64,000 nt of DNA from Lingula anatina (GCA_051362555.1 CM120646.1:24056001-24120000); one strand, 5' to 3'. Positions 39,516 to 51,489 are shown, counted from the stretch's first letter. The notes: generated from the sequence alone by a model not told the origin. Numbers and translations are program-made.

Positions 39516-41170
39516 ACAGTAAGTCAAGAGTCTTACCATGTCAGCCTGTCTGGCCTCCTCTATATAATGAGTGGTCAACAAGATGGTAGTGTGGCCTGTC
39601 TTGGCTATTTCTAACAGGTGCTCCCATATCCTGAAGATAAATACCACATTACTGTTATATCTATTACTCTGCAACAGGAGATTATATGCATTTCTCTCCA
39701 ACATTTTATTTGAAAAAAATTCACAACCTCACCACACTTACTTCTGCCTCAGCAGGGGGTCTACTCCAACAGTGGGTTCATCTAAAATAAGGAGTCTTGG
39801 CTCATGAATTAGGGCACAAGCAAATGATACTCTTCTTTTCTGTCCTCCACTAAAATTACAAAATTGTTCATATTCATGTAGCAAATTAATAATTGAATTT
39901 CACATTTAATTAATATCTTTATTTAAGCCCAAACAAAAAACAATTATTTTCATCCTTCACTGATATTCCATTCACCCATCAAACACTTAATAAGTCAAAC
40001 AGTCAATAAATTTAATTATCATTTTTATTCTTTATTTTTCTTTTTGTCTATTTTTTGTTTATTGTGTCTCTTATATTTGGTCAAACAATTTTAGTGTGAC
40101 CTTTTTAATCTCCACACACTACCTTAGAGTTTGTATTTGTCTCCCTTTAGATGGGAGGTCCAGAAATTTTACCAAGAAATCGGTTCTTATCACAGCATTT
40201 TCCCTAGACATTCCGAGAATCCTTCCAAAGTAGGCCAACGTTTCTTCAATGGTCAACTTCTCAAACAGCGCTGTGTCCTGGAATGGCAAAAAATGAAAAG
40301 AAAAAAAGGACAGAAAATTCAAATGCAAGATGAGCTCAATCTAGTTTAATATGAAATTGAGTTCAGAAACATATATTTAAAAGCAAAATATCAAAGCTTC
40401 CAAGAATTAATAGGGGGTTGCATATGTATTGGTTAATTGTATGGGAGTAGCTTGTGACTTCTGTGCACATAAGTAAGTTGTATAAGGGGAGTACATTAGT
40501 AATGGTTGTATGAGGGAGTAGCAGAGAAGTCACAGGCTACCCCCCCCCCCCCCCCCCTCTTATACAACACACTTATGTAGACAGAAATGACATTCTCTTT
40601 AAGTACCTGAGGCATGTAGCCAATCAGCTTTCCAGGCACCTCGTGACCTCTGGCCCCCGGCTTTTGACCTAGAACTGTCACATGACCTGCATCCACCTCC
40701 AGACGGCCAACTAGAGCTCGTAATAGAGTGGTTTTACCACTCCCACTAGGACCTAAGAGCCCATAGCTAAAAAACAGAATGATTAACAAATGTTAAAGAA
40801 ATTTATCTTTCTTTACCTGATTACAAATCACTGGCATCAGTGAGGGATAACACAGCAATTAATCAAGTATTGCTTTATTCTGACATAGATAAATGAATGG
40901 CTTCCACACGCTCAGTAAATACAGCTATCATGTCTAGGTAAGCTACTAGTACATCCACACATCTACTCCCAGATTTCAACTACTGCAGTGTTTTTATTCT
41001 AAGGACTACTAGGACAAATTGTCTGATGTTCAAGAGAGCTGTAACTGCTGTCATACTGACATGCATCCCTGTGGTACAGTGAGAGAACAGTCCTGTAAAG
41101 CCTGGACGCCATTTCTCTTGGATCCATATCTCTTGTAGACACTCCTCACTTCTACTGCATCCTGGGCCAT
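26400..41170 (-). CDS. ABCH: ABC half transporter, NBD-TMD architecture, ABCH / 'ABC transporter G family member 20/23'-like, 737 aa
   Basis: Exons 41170-41061, 40766-40607, 40277-40123, 39849-39742, 39630-39537, 38511-38437, 38118-37978, 37670-37526, 37272-37155, 36892-36718, 36460-36357, 36109-36036, 35346-35231, 34879-34809, 34436-34348, 33216-33113, 32616-32457, 27588-27484, 26509-26400 sum to 2214 nt in one open frame. Motifs: Walker [18 protein letters not shown], signature [10 protein letters not shown], Walker [61 protein letters not shown]. Subfamily assignment is by motif resemblance only. Confidence 0.93.
26771..27052. repeat. 45-bp G-rich intronic minisatellite (~6 copies)
   Basis: Unit CCTGAGGGTGGCTGTGGGAGGGAGTAGACAGTGGACTGGAATCAA in the last ABC intron. 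Confidence 0.92.
27537..28659 (-). repeat. 71-bp tandem array containing the ABC splice acceptor plus 52 nt of exon (exon-proximal block, ~16 copies)
   Basis: Minus-strand unit ..ATGTGTATTTCAG|GTATAATATGGCCTCTAGAAGCTATGCCGCCTTGGCTGAGATATGTCAGTAT..; period 71, with a variant unit recurring every 213 bp. Confidence 0.96.
28660..31724 (-). mobile_element. Non-autonomous Helentron/Helitron2-type (HINE-like) element with internal satellite, inserted in the 71-bp array
   Basis: Interrupts a 71-bp unit with no TSD (minus-strand A|T site). One end is CTAG preceded by hairpin GAGGCG-GTAT-CGCCTC; the other is palindrome GTACCGCCAGCG-CTAA-CGCTGGTGGTAC. Asymmetric inverted repeat TTGTACCACCAGC (28695-28707) pairs with GCTGGTGGTACAA (31712-31724). 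GC-rich CCGGCGGAG microrepeat at ~31620-31680. Confidence 0.82.
28845..30725. repeat. 146-bp satellite (~13 copies) inside the HINE-like element
   Basis: GCCAGTATATGAC recurs at 28900, 29045, 29191, 29337 and onward; 292-bp dimer periodicity is visible in ORFs starting 29144, 29436 and 29728. Confidence 0.95.
31725..32380 (-). repeat. 71-bp acceptor-containing array, distal block (~9 copies)
   Basis: Same unit as 27537-28659, resuming in register after the inserted element and ending about 76 nt from the upstream donor at 32456. Confidence 0.96.
32831..33121 (-). repeat. 50-bp tandem repeat (~6 copies) containing an ABC splice donor
   Basis: Plus-strand ACCTTGAAGA at 32861, 32911, 32961, 33011, 33061 and 33111, i.e. 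minus-strand GTCTTCAAG|GTAAATCT; the functional donor is at 33112. Confidence 0.93.
33395..34195. mobile_element. Non-autonomous DNA transposon, 801 bp, in an ABC intron
   Basis: Perfect 13-bp TIRs CAGGGATGCTAGT and ACTAGCATCCCTG, flanked by direct repeat TTATAG (33389-33394 and 34196-34201). Confidence 0.75.
34414..34588 (-). repeat. 88-bp duplication spanning an ABC splice acceptor
   Basis: CACAGGCCATGAAGAATGTAATACTGGAAAA..GTTAGATGAGA at 34414 and 34502; acceptors at 34437 and 34525. Confidence 0.9.
35324..35850 (-). repeat. 53-bp tandem repeat (~10 copies) spanning an ABC splice acceptor
   Basis: Plus unit GATAGACAGGGCTATCTGCTGGTCTAAACACACAATATCAGTATATATGATGT, i.e. minus-strand TGTGTGTTTAG|ACCAGCAGATAGCCCTGTCTATC; the functional acceptor is at 35347. 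Confidence 0.95.
37250..37463 (-). repeat. 54-bp tandem repeat (4 copies) spanning an ABC splice acceptor; in frame
   Basis: Units at 37250, 37304, 37358 and 37412; CCTTCCAG acceptors at 37273, 37327, 37381 and 37435. Confidence 0.93.
38099..38164 (-). repeat. 33-bp duplication spanning an ABC splice acceptor
   Basis: AGAAACACATCTTCCAGAGTCTAGAACAACAAC followed by AGAAACACACCTTTCAGAGTCTAGAACAGCAAC. Confidence 0.88.
38630..39260. repeat. ~67-bp intronic minisatellite (~9 copies)
   Basis: Unit TGTGCTCACATCTCACTCCATATACCAACATCTCACTGGATTATAACAATATTACAAGGTATATATC; does not include a splice site. Confidence 0.92.
39394..39566 (-). repeat. Duplicated ABC exon end plus donor, separated by an (AT)n microsatellite
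   Basis: ..AGTAAGTCCAGATTTTTACTATGTCAGCCTGCCTGGCCTCCTCTATATA versus ..AGTAAGTCAAGAGTCTTACCATGTCAGCCTGTCTGGCCTCCTCTATATA; the ORF track shows YIEEARQAD twice. Confidence 0.88.
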
Positions 41171-41805
41171 CTTCACAGAGGAAGAAGGACAATTTGAAAT
41201 GTGAAGGGAACTTATTAATTTATCTTTTTTATGTTAATTTCAGTTTAGAATGGAGACAAATCAAATCTATTGTGACCATACTAGGTATGTATGTTTTCAA
41301 GTTCAAATAAATACTACACAAAAGAGAGATGTATTTCTGTCTCTGCTTTTGATTCAAATTATTTCATGATCGATAATACGCTCTACATCCTACAATATCA
41401 ATTCACTATTAAGTAATGCAGTTTAGATTTTGATGAATGAATTTTTACCTTTTAAATGAATTTTTACCTGAACTAAGTCTACAGCTAGTAACTTAATTAT
41501 AATTACAAGAACTGTCTATGACATGTGATATGTATATGCTACGATCCTGGTTGTCAAAAAGATTAGGCAAATATGAGGCACAAAATGCAAAGAATTTTAC
41601 AATTGTAGCTTTTAAGTTAAGGCTTCACTGCCTCACATAAACTACATATAGTACTTCTTGTACCTCACTAGCCTACAATGCACGTAATCCGCTCCTGATT
41701 GAGTCAAAGTACTGTGGTCGAGTTTCAGGTTATCGTCCCTCAATTTCACACTTCATTGGGTTATGTAAGCCCGTGCGCTTATCTTTTCTGTAAAAACAAT
41801 CTTAC

Positions 41806-41900
41806 CTGGGGAATGTTTTCGATCAATATCGGCGATAAACTAACTGCATTTTCTCAGTCCACAGTCACACTGGCCTGGAGGAGTCGACTTTAAACGATCT
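41806..41900 (-). other. Probable non-coding first exon of the ABC gene containing a short uORF
   Basis: Strong donor CCCAG|GTAAGA at 41806/41805; the AG acceptor lies directly before the ATG at 41170; uORF MQLVYRRY* at 41849-41823. The 5' boundary is a guess. Confidence 0.45.
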
Positions 41901-43041
41901 CTAATGATTGGAGGACAGAAAATGAATCGCGCTTACTCGGCTATTCTCGGCTTATATCGTATCCAATATCGTAGCTTTCAGCTGACCAAAAATAAATAAA
42001 TAAATAAATAAATAAACAATCCCGAAAATGGGAAAAGATTGATGAAAACTGAATCTGAATGGAAAATAGATTGGGGCTGGTTTTGAGGCCTACATTTTTG
42101 CAGATACAAATAAAGAAGCTTAATTAATTCATCCAAGAAGACGGTCCCAAGGTCTAAATATCCAGTGATATTTACTTTTTGGTGTAAAAAACCATCCGTT
42201 CCCAAACACAATGTCCTTCGGTGCTTCGTGCTTTTCCAGTTGGAACATAATTTAATAACACACCGCTAGGTGGCAGAGCTGTGATTTCCACGGTGATGTC
42301 AAGAAGGGTCTACGTTCCACTTAATTTACACCCGTTAATTTACACCAATTTTCACACATAAAAAGACAACAAGACACGCAAAGCTACTATTTAAGGAGTA
42401 ATGAGCAATTCTTGAAATTGTGTAGAAATGAAAAAAACGATACATTTCTGTCATTTATTACCTTCCAGTTTAATTTTGGATGATTTCATCTTAGAAAATC
42501 TTATATTGGTGATTGCCAGAAGTTTGCGATCTTACTTTCATATTCTAGTCTCTAAAATAGAATTTTCATGTTCTTATGTCTCAAATATCTAAATTTAAGA
42601 ATTTAAGTAGGGCCTTGTTAATTACAAACTTTTATTTAGGCCTATTTACTTATTTTTTTATTGCAGATTTCGTGTTTTGATACCCTATAGGTTCTAGATT
42701 TCGTTATTGCCAGCTCGATCTCGATTTCATATATTAAGCCAACACATGAAAAGTTATAGTGAGCAAGCTAGCTTTACAGTGCCCTGGCACTCAGGGTATA
42801 TGTTTTGATTAAATTGTTTGAATGATTTTGAGAATAACAATGTTAAGTCTCATTTACCCGCACAGAATACTCTACATGTACATGTGGCAGGTGCTAGTCA
42901 GGCATTAACATGGCGATATAGGGCACACCGGGACAAAGAAATGAAGATAATTTAATAGCAGTGTGTTAAATGTGGCGTCTCATGTACTTTAGATAGATAC
43001 AATTGCTGTCTGAGATAGACGCAGGATCCTAGAAGTAATTA

Positions 43042-44185
43042 GGGGAGAGCGGGGTGGGTTGGAACGCGGGTAAGTTGGAACATTGGCTTTATTTCTTAAA
43101 TCACGAGACCGATCATGTGCTCCTTCAGCATAAAAATGTCACATGGCATGGTCTTTAATCCAGGAAACTTTTGGAAGTATCGAAAATGCGGTAAAAGTTT
43201 TATGCGAAAAAAACGTATTTTCGCCACTCGAAGTAAGTTTTCATATTTTTGACATTCATCGTGCTGTAAACTAAAGTATAAGGATTATATCACTGAAAAT
43301 GTGCATAGCGTTTAGGACCACCTTGATGTTCAAAAAGCTGTAGTTTTTTTTAATCGCCTCACACGTGTTAAAGAAATACAGTGTCATAAGTTGGCCATGA
43401 CGTCGTGGGGGCTGGTCGGAACATTTGACATGGGGCCAGTTGGAACACTGTCAGGGGTGTTCCAACCTACCCCGCACGGTGTTTTTCAATTTTTTATCTC
43501 TCTAAATAGCGACGCACCCAGTACAACTCCAACTGGAGACAAAATCCAGCTGAAAGAACATCTCCAAGGTGCCAGAATGTACATGCGTGTAGAAAATACA
43601 AGGGGGGGGGGGGAGGGGGATGGTCACTGCTTGTTAAATGCAGTTGCTATCTGTTTGGTCGAAATGGGGTTTGCATGTCCATTGTGGCTCTTTGCGATAA
43701 ATTGCTTTTAGAAGTGAAAGGAAATGTCGATTATTACTCTGTTTTTTGCGGCAAAAAAATATTCTAGCTGACATGAGAGCCTACGTTATGGATAAACTAT
43801 ACAACACCAATCCTGTCGATATTGTTTTAAATGCTTTGTGAAATGGATTGGGGGTTGCTCTTAATGGTTAGTGAACGAGGGTACAGAATCCGTCAGAAAA
43901 GACAAACATTCACCTCGTAACTTAAGCAAAAATCCAGTTGAAATCTCATTTGCCCTCACCGGAAGAGGTGCTACAGCACACTATAGCGCACTTAAGAAAA
44001 CCCCAAAACAGCTCAAGTCCAGCAATACCACTTCGAGAAATTAGACCGCTTCCAAAGGCTCAACGTCGCAGTCCAATCATTAAAAGAAGAAAACGATGCA
44101 GTGCAGTTCTTACTGACACACCTGAAAAAGAGCTACTCGAAAAAGAAAAGGCCAAGCCCAACAAAATTAAAAAGGACAAGCGCAA

Positions 44186-44231
<46 letters not shown>

Positions 44232-45018
44232 AAAGATTTCTAGTCGACAGAGAAAATGAAGAAAAATGATATTAAAGATGACTAGCTATTCTGAGTCAGA
44301 AGAAGAGTGGCAATGTCTGGTTTGTTGGGAGCCGTTCAGTAACAGCTGGCCAAAAGAGAAATGGGTACAATGCATTGTTTGTCTGAAGTGGTCACATGAA
44401 GACTGTACTAAGGTGACCAAGTGTACATATGTCAGAACTGCAATTTTGATTCTGAGGTTTAGTTGAAAGAGATACAGCTAGTTTTTATTTGTAGGTCTAA
44501 CATACTGTTGTTGAGAGGTTGAGTTGTGTGAATTCAACTTATTTTCTCTTAAACTAAACCACTTTTGTTATCATTATGAAATGAAGTGTAACTGGATATG
44601 GTTTATACATCGAAAAGACTATTTGAAAACAAATTGTAAACGTAAAAAATGCTTACAAACTATGGAGATACGAATACAAAGTAACATGTACTTGTTGGGA
44701 AATTAATATAGATAATCCTACTCTTAAAATGAATTATACTTTGAATTTATATGCAAGCGTTCCAACTCGCCCTCTTGTTCCAACTCACCCCACTGCCTGT
44801 TCCAACTCACCCCGTGGGTGGGGTGAGATGGAACGTTTTAGGAGGCAACTTTGAGCATTTATTACTCTTAAATGAAAAGACCTACTTGATGTTTTATTTC
44901 ATAGATGAGTGCGGCATATAATTTTCCCCTATCAGATTTTTTATTTTTGTCCCCAAAGCTTTGACTGCTGAGATATCGCAAAAAAGGTGAAAACTGTTCC
45001 AACCAACCCCGCTCTCCC
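43042..45018 (+). mobile_element. Internally deleted Tc1/mariner-superfamily (pogo/Tigger-like) DNA transposon
   Basis: TIRs GGGGAGAGCGGGGTGGGTTGGAAC and GTTCCAACCAACCCCGCTCTCCC, each flanked by TA. Subterminal GTTGGAAC/GTTCCAAC motifs repeat at ~43058, 43074, 43439, 43459, 44759, 44777 and 44798. Confidence 0.88.
43938..44466 (+). pseudogene. Transposase C-terminal remnant with PHD-type zinc finger
   Basis: IRPLPKAQRR..RRKRCSAVLTDTPEKELL, a basic tail, an acidic stretch, then CLVCWEPFSNSWPKEKWVQCIVCLKWSHEDC (C4HC3-like). Interrupted by a stop and a poly-A run; no DDE domain is visible. Confidence 0.75.
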
Positions 45019-48000
45019 TATATACATGACAAAAGTTAATAGCTAATTTGGCATGTGATTTATAAACTGCAGAAGCTGTAGGCCTACTTATCTATTGGTA
45101 AAGTACGTAGTTAATAATATATATTTGCTTTATCACACCTGCCCGATCAGAGGCTGTGGTGGAAAGAAATATGAATCAATACACGATCGCCATATTTTCT
45201 TTAAGTAACTGTTTGTATCTTAGAAATCGCAGTTAATTGGTTAATAAACGAAAAATGACATTTGGAGGAGCTTTATCTTGGTCACGTGACAGCACGGGTA
45301 AGATGATGTGAATTGATAAGGACAGGTATCTGTTAAATAAGGTAAAGAAGAAAAATGACGTATTTCTAAATTGTCCTACAGTTTTTATGAGCTCTGTCAC
45401 TGGTCAGCATTAGCAAGACACATTGGCGAATTATTTGTAATTTATCTCCATCATTTCCGGTGTATTCCGTTATAACGTCGCTGAGTTGTAATTAATATTG
45501 TGAAACAGATGACTGCACATTTCCCATCAACTTTGTTTTGATTAATTCACATTCCACAATTGCCATGTAAGATCCCCTCTAATGAAGGCCTTTCGGCTGA
45601 ATGTACAGTCTCAGTTTTCGAATCTTAGTCCTGAAAACCTATCCACCATAATTTAAAGAACGGCTTCACGGCATTGTCGCCTGCACTTCAAAGTTTTACC
45701 TCAATAAAGCATTCTCAATAGACTGCTATGGCGCCTGAAGCAGAAAAATCAAAACAACCATACAGCCTCCATGGCGCCTTTTGTAGGATCAAAGACTACA
45801 GTTATCTCCCAAAAAGGTCAATGAACTTGTTTTAGGGTTATTTTATTAATTAATTAATTTGTTTAACTTTATTCATTCAGGGTGAAATCATGGTTAATAT
45901 AAATCGTGGCCATCGGGTTATTGTAACCTTACGTTCAAGATGATTTTGTATCTACTCTTTCTAACCGCTGTGAATGTTTCAATGTATCGATACTTTCTCT
46001 CTCCACTTTTTTCGAAAAAAAAAATGCAGTGCAAACAGCATCACGAATTCCAATCATCAACACACAAATTTCCTGCACAAGGGAAATATTAATTCAATTA
46101 CACTTTTCAGTTTACATCCCAATCCCCAATCGTATCATACATTGTCCACAATTAGTGGCTTTGAGACCAAAGGTAGGCAATTCGTGCGTCATTGCAATAT
46201 TGTTCTGTGTCAAGTGGACGTGGACGTGAGGGCCTCTGCGCGTATAGGCCGTGTACGCTGTCTGATGTACGGCGTGTACACTGTGTGAAATACGGTGTGT
46301 ACGCTTTATGAAGTGCCAAATACGTAGGCCTGTAGGTGTATATCTGCCCCCAAACACGCACTTCCCTTCTCCTCTACCAAATTACTGGGTCAGCCCTGAT
46401 AACTGGAAAAGGTTTGGAATCACTTGACGAATTGCCTGCAGCAGACGGTTAATTTCACCTCATTTCATTTATGTTGCTATGGATATAACGTATAATTGTC
46501 ATATTGCCTATACATAATTGGTAATTCAATACAACTCTGAGAAAAAGTGCTCATAACACCGATGCACAAAAAAAAAAAAAAAAAAAAAACATGATTTCCT
46601 CGACAATCCGACCGACAAGATACTTTGTCATTCGACCATTTTGTTTTTGTTAACTTCATCAAGGCATGTTTTGAGTTTTGTGGACAAGATGTGCGAAGAT
46701 GTACGGGGTGCGTGTGCTGAGTTGTGTGGGTGCGTGTGCCAAGTTGTGTGGGTGCGTGTGCTGAGTTTTGTAGGGTGGATGTATCATGATATTCCAATCA
46801 CGAACTGCTGCTGAAAACACTGCACTTCAAGTACCCGCTTTTTCTAACACGGCGGGAGTCTTAATAAATATAATAATTATTGATAATTTATCCAGTACAC
46901 TTGCATACCGGTAGATGTATATGCATTTTTGTTGTGTAATATTAACTAGGCCATTCCATATACTAATTGGAGTGGGGTGAGGTTATGGCATCTTACAGTT
47001 TATTGTCTTGCGAGATATATGCTCTTACACCGCCTATTACCTTGTTTTAACTTTAATTTTAAAGGGAAGAAAAAGCGAGAAACATAGTCGCCTCCATCGA
47101 TTGAAGATCAAATGTTTTGCACACGTATCTAATATCCCTATGTATAAACTGTGATTACTCTCTGTGTCACGACCCATGGACTTGTTTAAAACCATTAGGT
47201 ATATTGAGGACATGTTATAGCAACGGAGCCATAATTGCCGTAAATTTGCGAACTATTATCTGATGTATTAAAGGACGCAGTGGTCCTCCGTTGATTTACA
47301 ATTAGACGCTCTACCTTGATAGAAGAAAAAGGATATCATTATATTTCAAAGCACGCTCTTTCTCCCGCTATGTAGACTGGCTAATCAGTACCGAAGGGAA
47401 AGAGAAGGCTCTTGACATTAAATTTTGGACCGCTCCATTAATCGATTTATTGGAAATCAAGTTTGGAACCACTTTTAGCGACCGTAACACCGTGAAATAT
47501 GTGAATTGATGGAAACTGACAGTTCCAGTTTTCACTTGTTCATTTTGAATAGTTTGTTCTTTCTTTCTCTTTATCTGTATTTTGTTCTAATACAACCCAT
47601 AAGTAAAACAATTGAGACATTTAGATTGACAGTGAAACGCAGGTCCGCACCGTACGAATAGATTCAAACATTCTACAGTAAGCCAAGGCCAAGTCAAAGT
47701 ACAGTATGGGACATTGACATGGAATAATTACCCGAGATGATTGAAACTGTCTTTCGTTTTACATGGAGGAAATAAATAAATAAGCCCAATTTAAATATGT
47801 TAAAGAATATAGTTTATCCTGCCACTTTTAACTGAATGTAAACATTACGACCAATAGAACAAGATGGCGTGGCTCCCTGAGTGGCAGGAACTACTGGTCA
47901 CTGATTGGCTAGATGATACCACTGCCACTTAGGGCCGTGTTGAGGGACATGCCAGCGACAGATAAGATATTTGATCATTAACATGGCGTTTTTTTTTTTT

Positions 48001-50279
48001 CTAGGAACTGCTTGTGATCTTGTGATCTGGAGATGGCATTTAAGTTGTTTGTGGACAATGGTTGCCTGCATAATAACTTAGTTGGGTTTTGTTTCATAAA
48101 CCCGCAGTTTCTGGTGATCTTAGGAAACTCGATAGAAAATGCGTCATTGGATACATGCAAACATCTATTGTTAATTTATTACTAAGTGTGGCACTGATTT
48201 TTTCATATATTACCGACTTTTTTGAAGGACAGGAAGTGCAGAAAGGTTGTCAAGTTTCTGCTGACCCAACCTCCCTCCGCAAAACTATATAAGTTGTATT
48301 CTGTGAAGTGATATCGGGTTTATAGGACCATATGAAAAATATTGTGAGGCATACATGTAGGAGATTGTCACCTATACAATCAACGTACAGAGGTTTGACT
48401 GTTGCATCGAACTATATAGTTGTGGTATCCATGATTTAAATTACTTATAGGTAATGAAAGGGATATTCTGAACATAAAATGTCTCTTCAGGTATTTTCCC
48501 TTACATTTTGTTACTATCGCTGATGCAGGTACGAATACAGCCGTTAAATTAAAGTGTATTTAGTGTCACCTTCCAAGCCACAGCCAACTAAAACGATAAC
48601 AACTCTTCATATGAGATCCAAAATTCCACATTAAATATATTGCAAACAACACATAGAAATAAAATAAGTTTCATTTCACCACAAAAACAACGGTCATCGG
48701 ACCACGTGGACCGTCATAGGTGGCTACAGGTATAAAAAGCACATTTAAAAAACAATCCACAAAATTTGAATTTCGGAACGGATTCATTTACCATTGTAAA
48801 GTATGAAAAATGGTCTTTACCCCAGGGAAATCCGTTTAATGAAACCTTTTTCAAAATAAAGACTTGTTATCCCTCTAAAATTTAATGTCGCATGGACTTA
48901 ACACGGGCATAACTGTGGGGTGCCCTGCAGATCATAGTGTGCTGACGTCTCATTGGACGTCAGTCTGGTCAAAATCACCCCAGCCTTGGTTCAGTGACCG
49001 GTTTATATAAAGGATTTTATACCAAACCAAATCTGAGAACACTGTCTTGAATACAGTGAGGTTTACAATATTACAAGTGTTATAATGTGTTAAACCAGAT
49101 ATGCAGTGCTGTCCTTGTTAGCTTTTACGGACGGATCTAAATATAACGGTCTCATTGAAATAGACGTGTTGTGTGATAACCTAATCAAAAGATAAAATAA
49201 CGCTGCAAGAATGAAGTAGCACACACGCTCCCAGGTGAGGTTCTAAATGATTTATACAATTCCCAAAGACAGCACCGTATTGAAAATGAGAAATCATAAC
49301 AGACAAATCTGATCCCATGAGGATTTCCTTATGCCCATTAAACGAAGTGCTAGCAAGCAATATTTTACGTTTAGATAATTTAGATAAAATGAGTATTGTT
49401 ATCTTTTGGCACGCTTGTTAAAAGAACTGCAGAGTTTTCCTTGGTTCTGGAGTATCATCGTTGGACTTCGGGACATTATCTGTCGGCTTCAAGGCCAGGA
49501 TATGAAACTGGCTAGAATGAAGCATGTCTTACGAGAAGAAACGCGGCATGAGACCTCTAAAGTTCACACAAACTACAGATCATCTTCTCACATGTCGAGA
49601 ACGGCGTAGTTTCAGTGTACATGTAAGGTTGCTGAAAGGTTATTTGTGACAGTTGTGTATAACGCCTTTGATAAAGAAACCTTTCTGCCATTGGGGCCGC
49701 ATTCCAAGACAAGTTTTCTCTACTATCAATTGCATGCAAAACGTACAAATGTATACTTCTACTTTGTCACCGGCAAGCAGTTCAAATATTTCAATAAATA
49801 GCCGTCATAATGAACACAATGTGAGCAATAATTTGCAAGCCGTAACGGCATCGGTGTTTTTTATATGAAAATATCTCAAATAGACGTTTTCTTATAATAT
49901 ACAAGGATTTTAATAATTGTCTCTGTTCGATATGGATAAAAACATATATGACATGGAATTCAGCATTAAAAAGGTTAATAGATGATACCTAGCATTCTCG
50001 ATAATTATGATTTTATTGCTTTGAATTTTGACCTAAATTCCCCGTGATAGCATTGCGTGAAGGGACGCCTGCTTTTCTTTCCTGCCGGCTTTGTGATTCC
50101 ACTGTAGAAGAAGGTATTCAAGCGTACAGTGATTAATGGCAAACATGATAGAAAAATGACGCGCTGTAAACTATATGATCTTCATTCAGTACTTGCACGT
50201 AGATTTTGTCAAAATGTCACTGACTGCATTTATGAGTGCAAGAAACCGTTAATGGCATCAGACGTTTCATAATAGTCGT

Positions 50280-50389
50280 CCTAGCAAACACAGAGCGTTG
50301 TAATAACGTAACCATGGCGTTTATATCGCCCAAATAACGTACTGACCAGTAACGTTGTGGTAACGTCATAAAACGCTGTGTTTGCTGAG
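50280..50389. mobile_element. Possible small degenerate MITE
   Basis: Inverted ends AGCAAACACAG (50283-50293) and CTGTGTTTGCT (50376-50386) with internal AACGT repeats. Confidence 0.45.
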
Positions 50390-51489
50390 GCGTTCTCCCA
50401 AAGAGGGGCGTTATTCTCTAGTCAAATTTGCTTGTCACCAATGCCGCAACAAACACAAACCAAAACAAAGCGTGGATGTCCATGACTTTTTTCTTCAGAG
50501 CAACGTTTCTTTAAGATGGATAGCATCAATTAACTTCTTTTGAACGTCTCTGCGTCTAATTGTCCATGAAGTCACTGACCTTCAAGAAATAGTATGCTTG
50601 ATAGGAAACTAAACTCATTGTTCAGTCGATTATCTGGCAAATTCATGGTAAGAAACGGCGGCTGGCTCTTTTTAATCACTTTACTTCCTGTATCAAATAT
50701 CCATAGGCGCAATGATATGAATTGACTTGCATGGAATGAATAGAACGAACTTACTATTACTCGACAAAGAGCCATTATACATGTGCTTTTCTCTTCATGT
50801 CATAAATATCTGAGGTAGATTAATTAATTGGAATAAAAAAGATAAACTGTTGACAGCATTGTTAGAGTACATGTACATGGCAAAACTCCTAATTCTACCC
50901 AAGACATCAGATATAAAGCAACATACAGACTTTACCAGGACGTTATTGTAGTAAATGGGCTGGTATCTTACAGAGTGCACACCTAGTCCACCCAACCAAG
51001 GTAGCATGGTGGGGCGGGGGGGGGGGTCAGGGTTTCTGGGGTTGAGTGGACAGTGGTGAGTGTGATCGTGTGACGTAATATGTATTTTATTGAAAGCAGT
51101 TTACTCTGCATGCAGCTCTCATTGTCCGCCTGTAGAGTAAATATGTACAGTGAATTATATTAGTCCTTTCTTTTTTATAAATTAATTAAAAATGATGCCT
51201 GTCTATTTACTAAATAGTTGTGCATATCCAACAACGGATTTGCAGCGTGCCACAAATAGCTCATTTTTGGACGGGCTGTTTCCAAAGAATGTCAGTGACG
51301 ATCTCAAGTGACGATCTCAAGAAAAAGGCCACAGTGACCGTCCAAAGATAGCAGTTTATAATTTTATTCACAAAACTGGGTCGATTTGATAGCTATATTG
51401 CTGATTCCGTCTAAAAGTGGATAATTTTGTTCTGTGTAGCATTTTCCTTTCAATATATGCCGGTCAGACGTTTTTGTCAAAACACACAC

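Noticed and set aside
44187-44228. Poly-lysine ORF segments here and at 58858-58897
   Set aside because: Homopolymer A runs whose length may be sequencing error; not evidence of coding.
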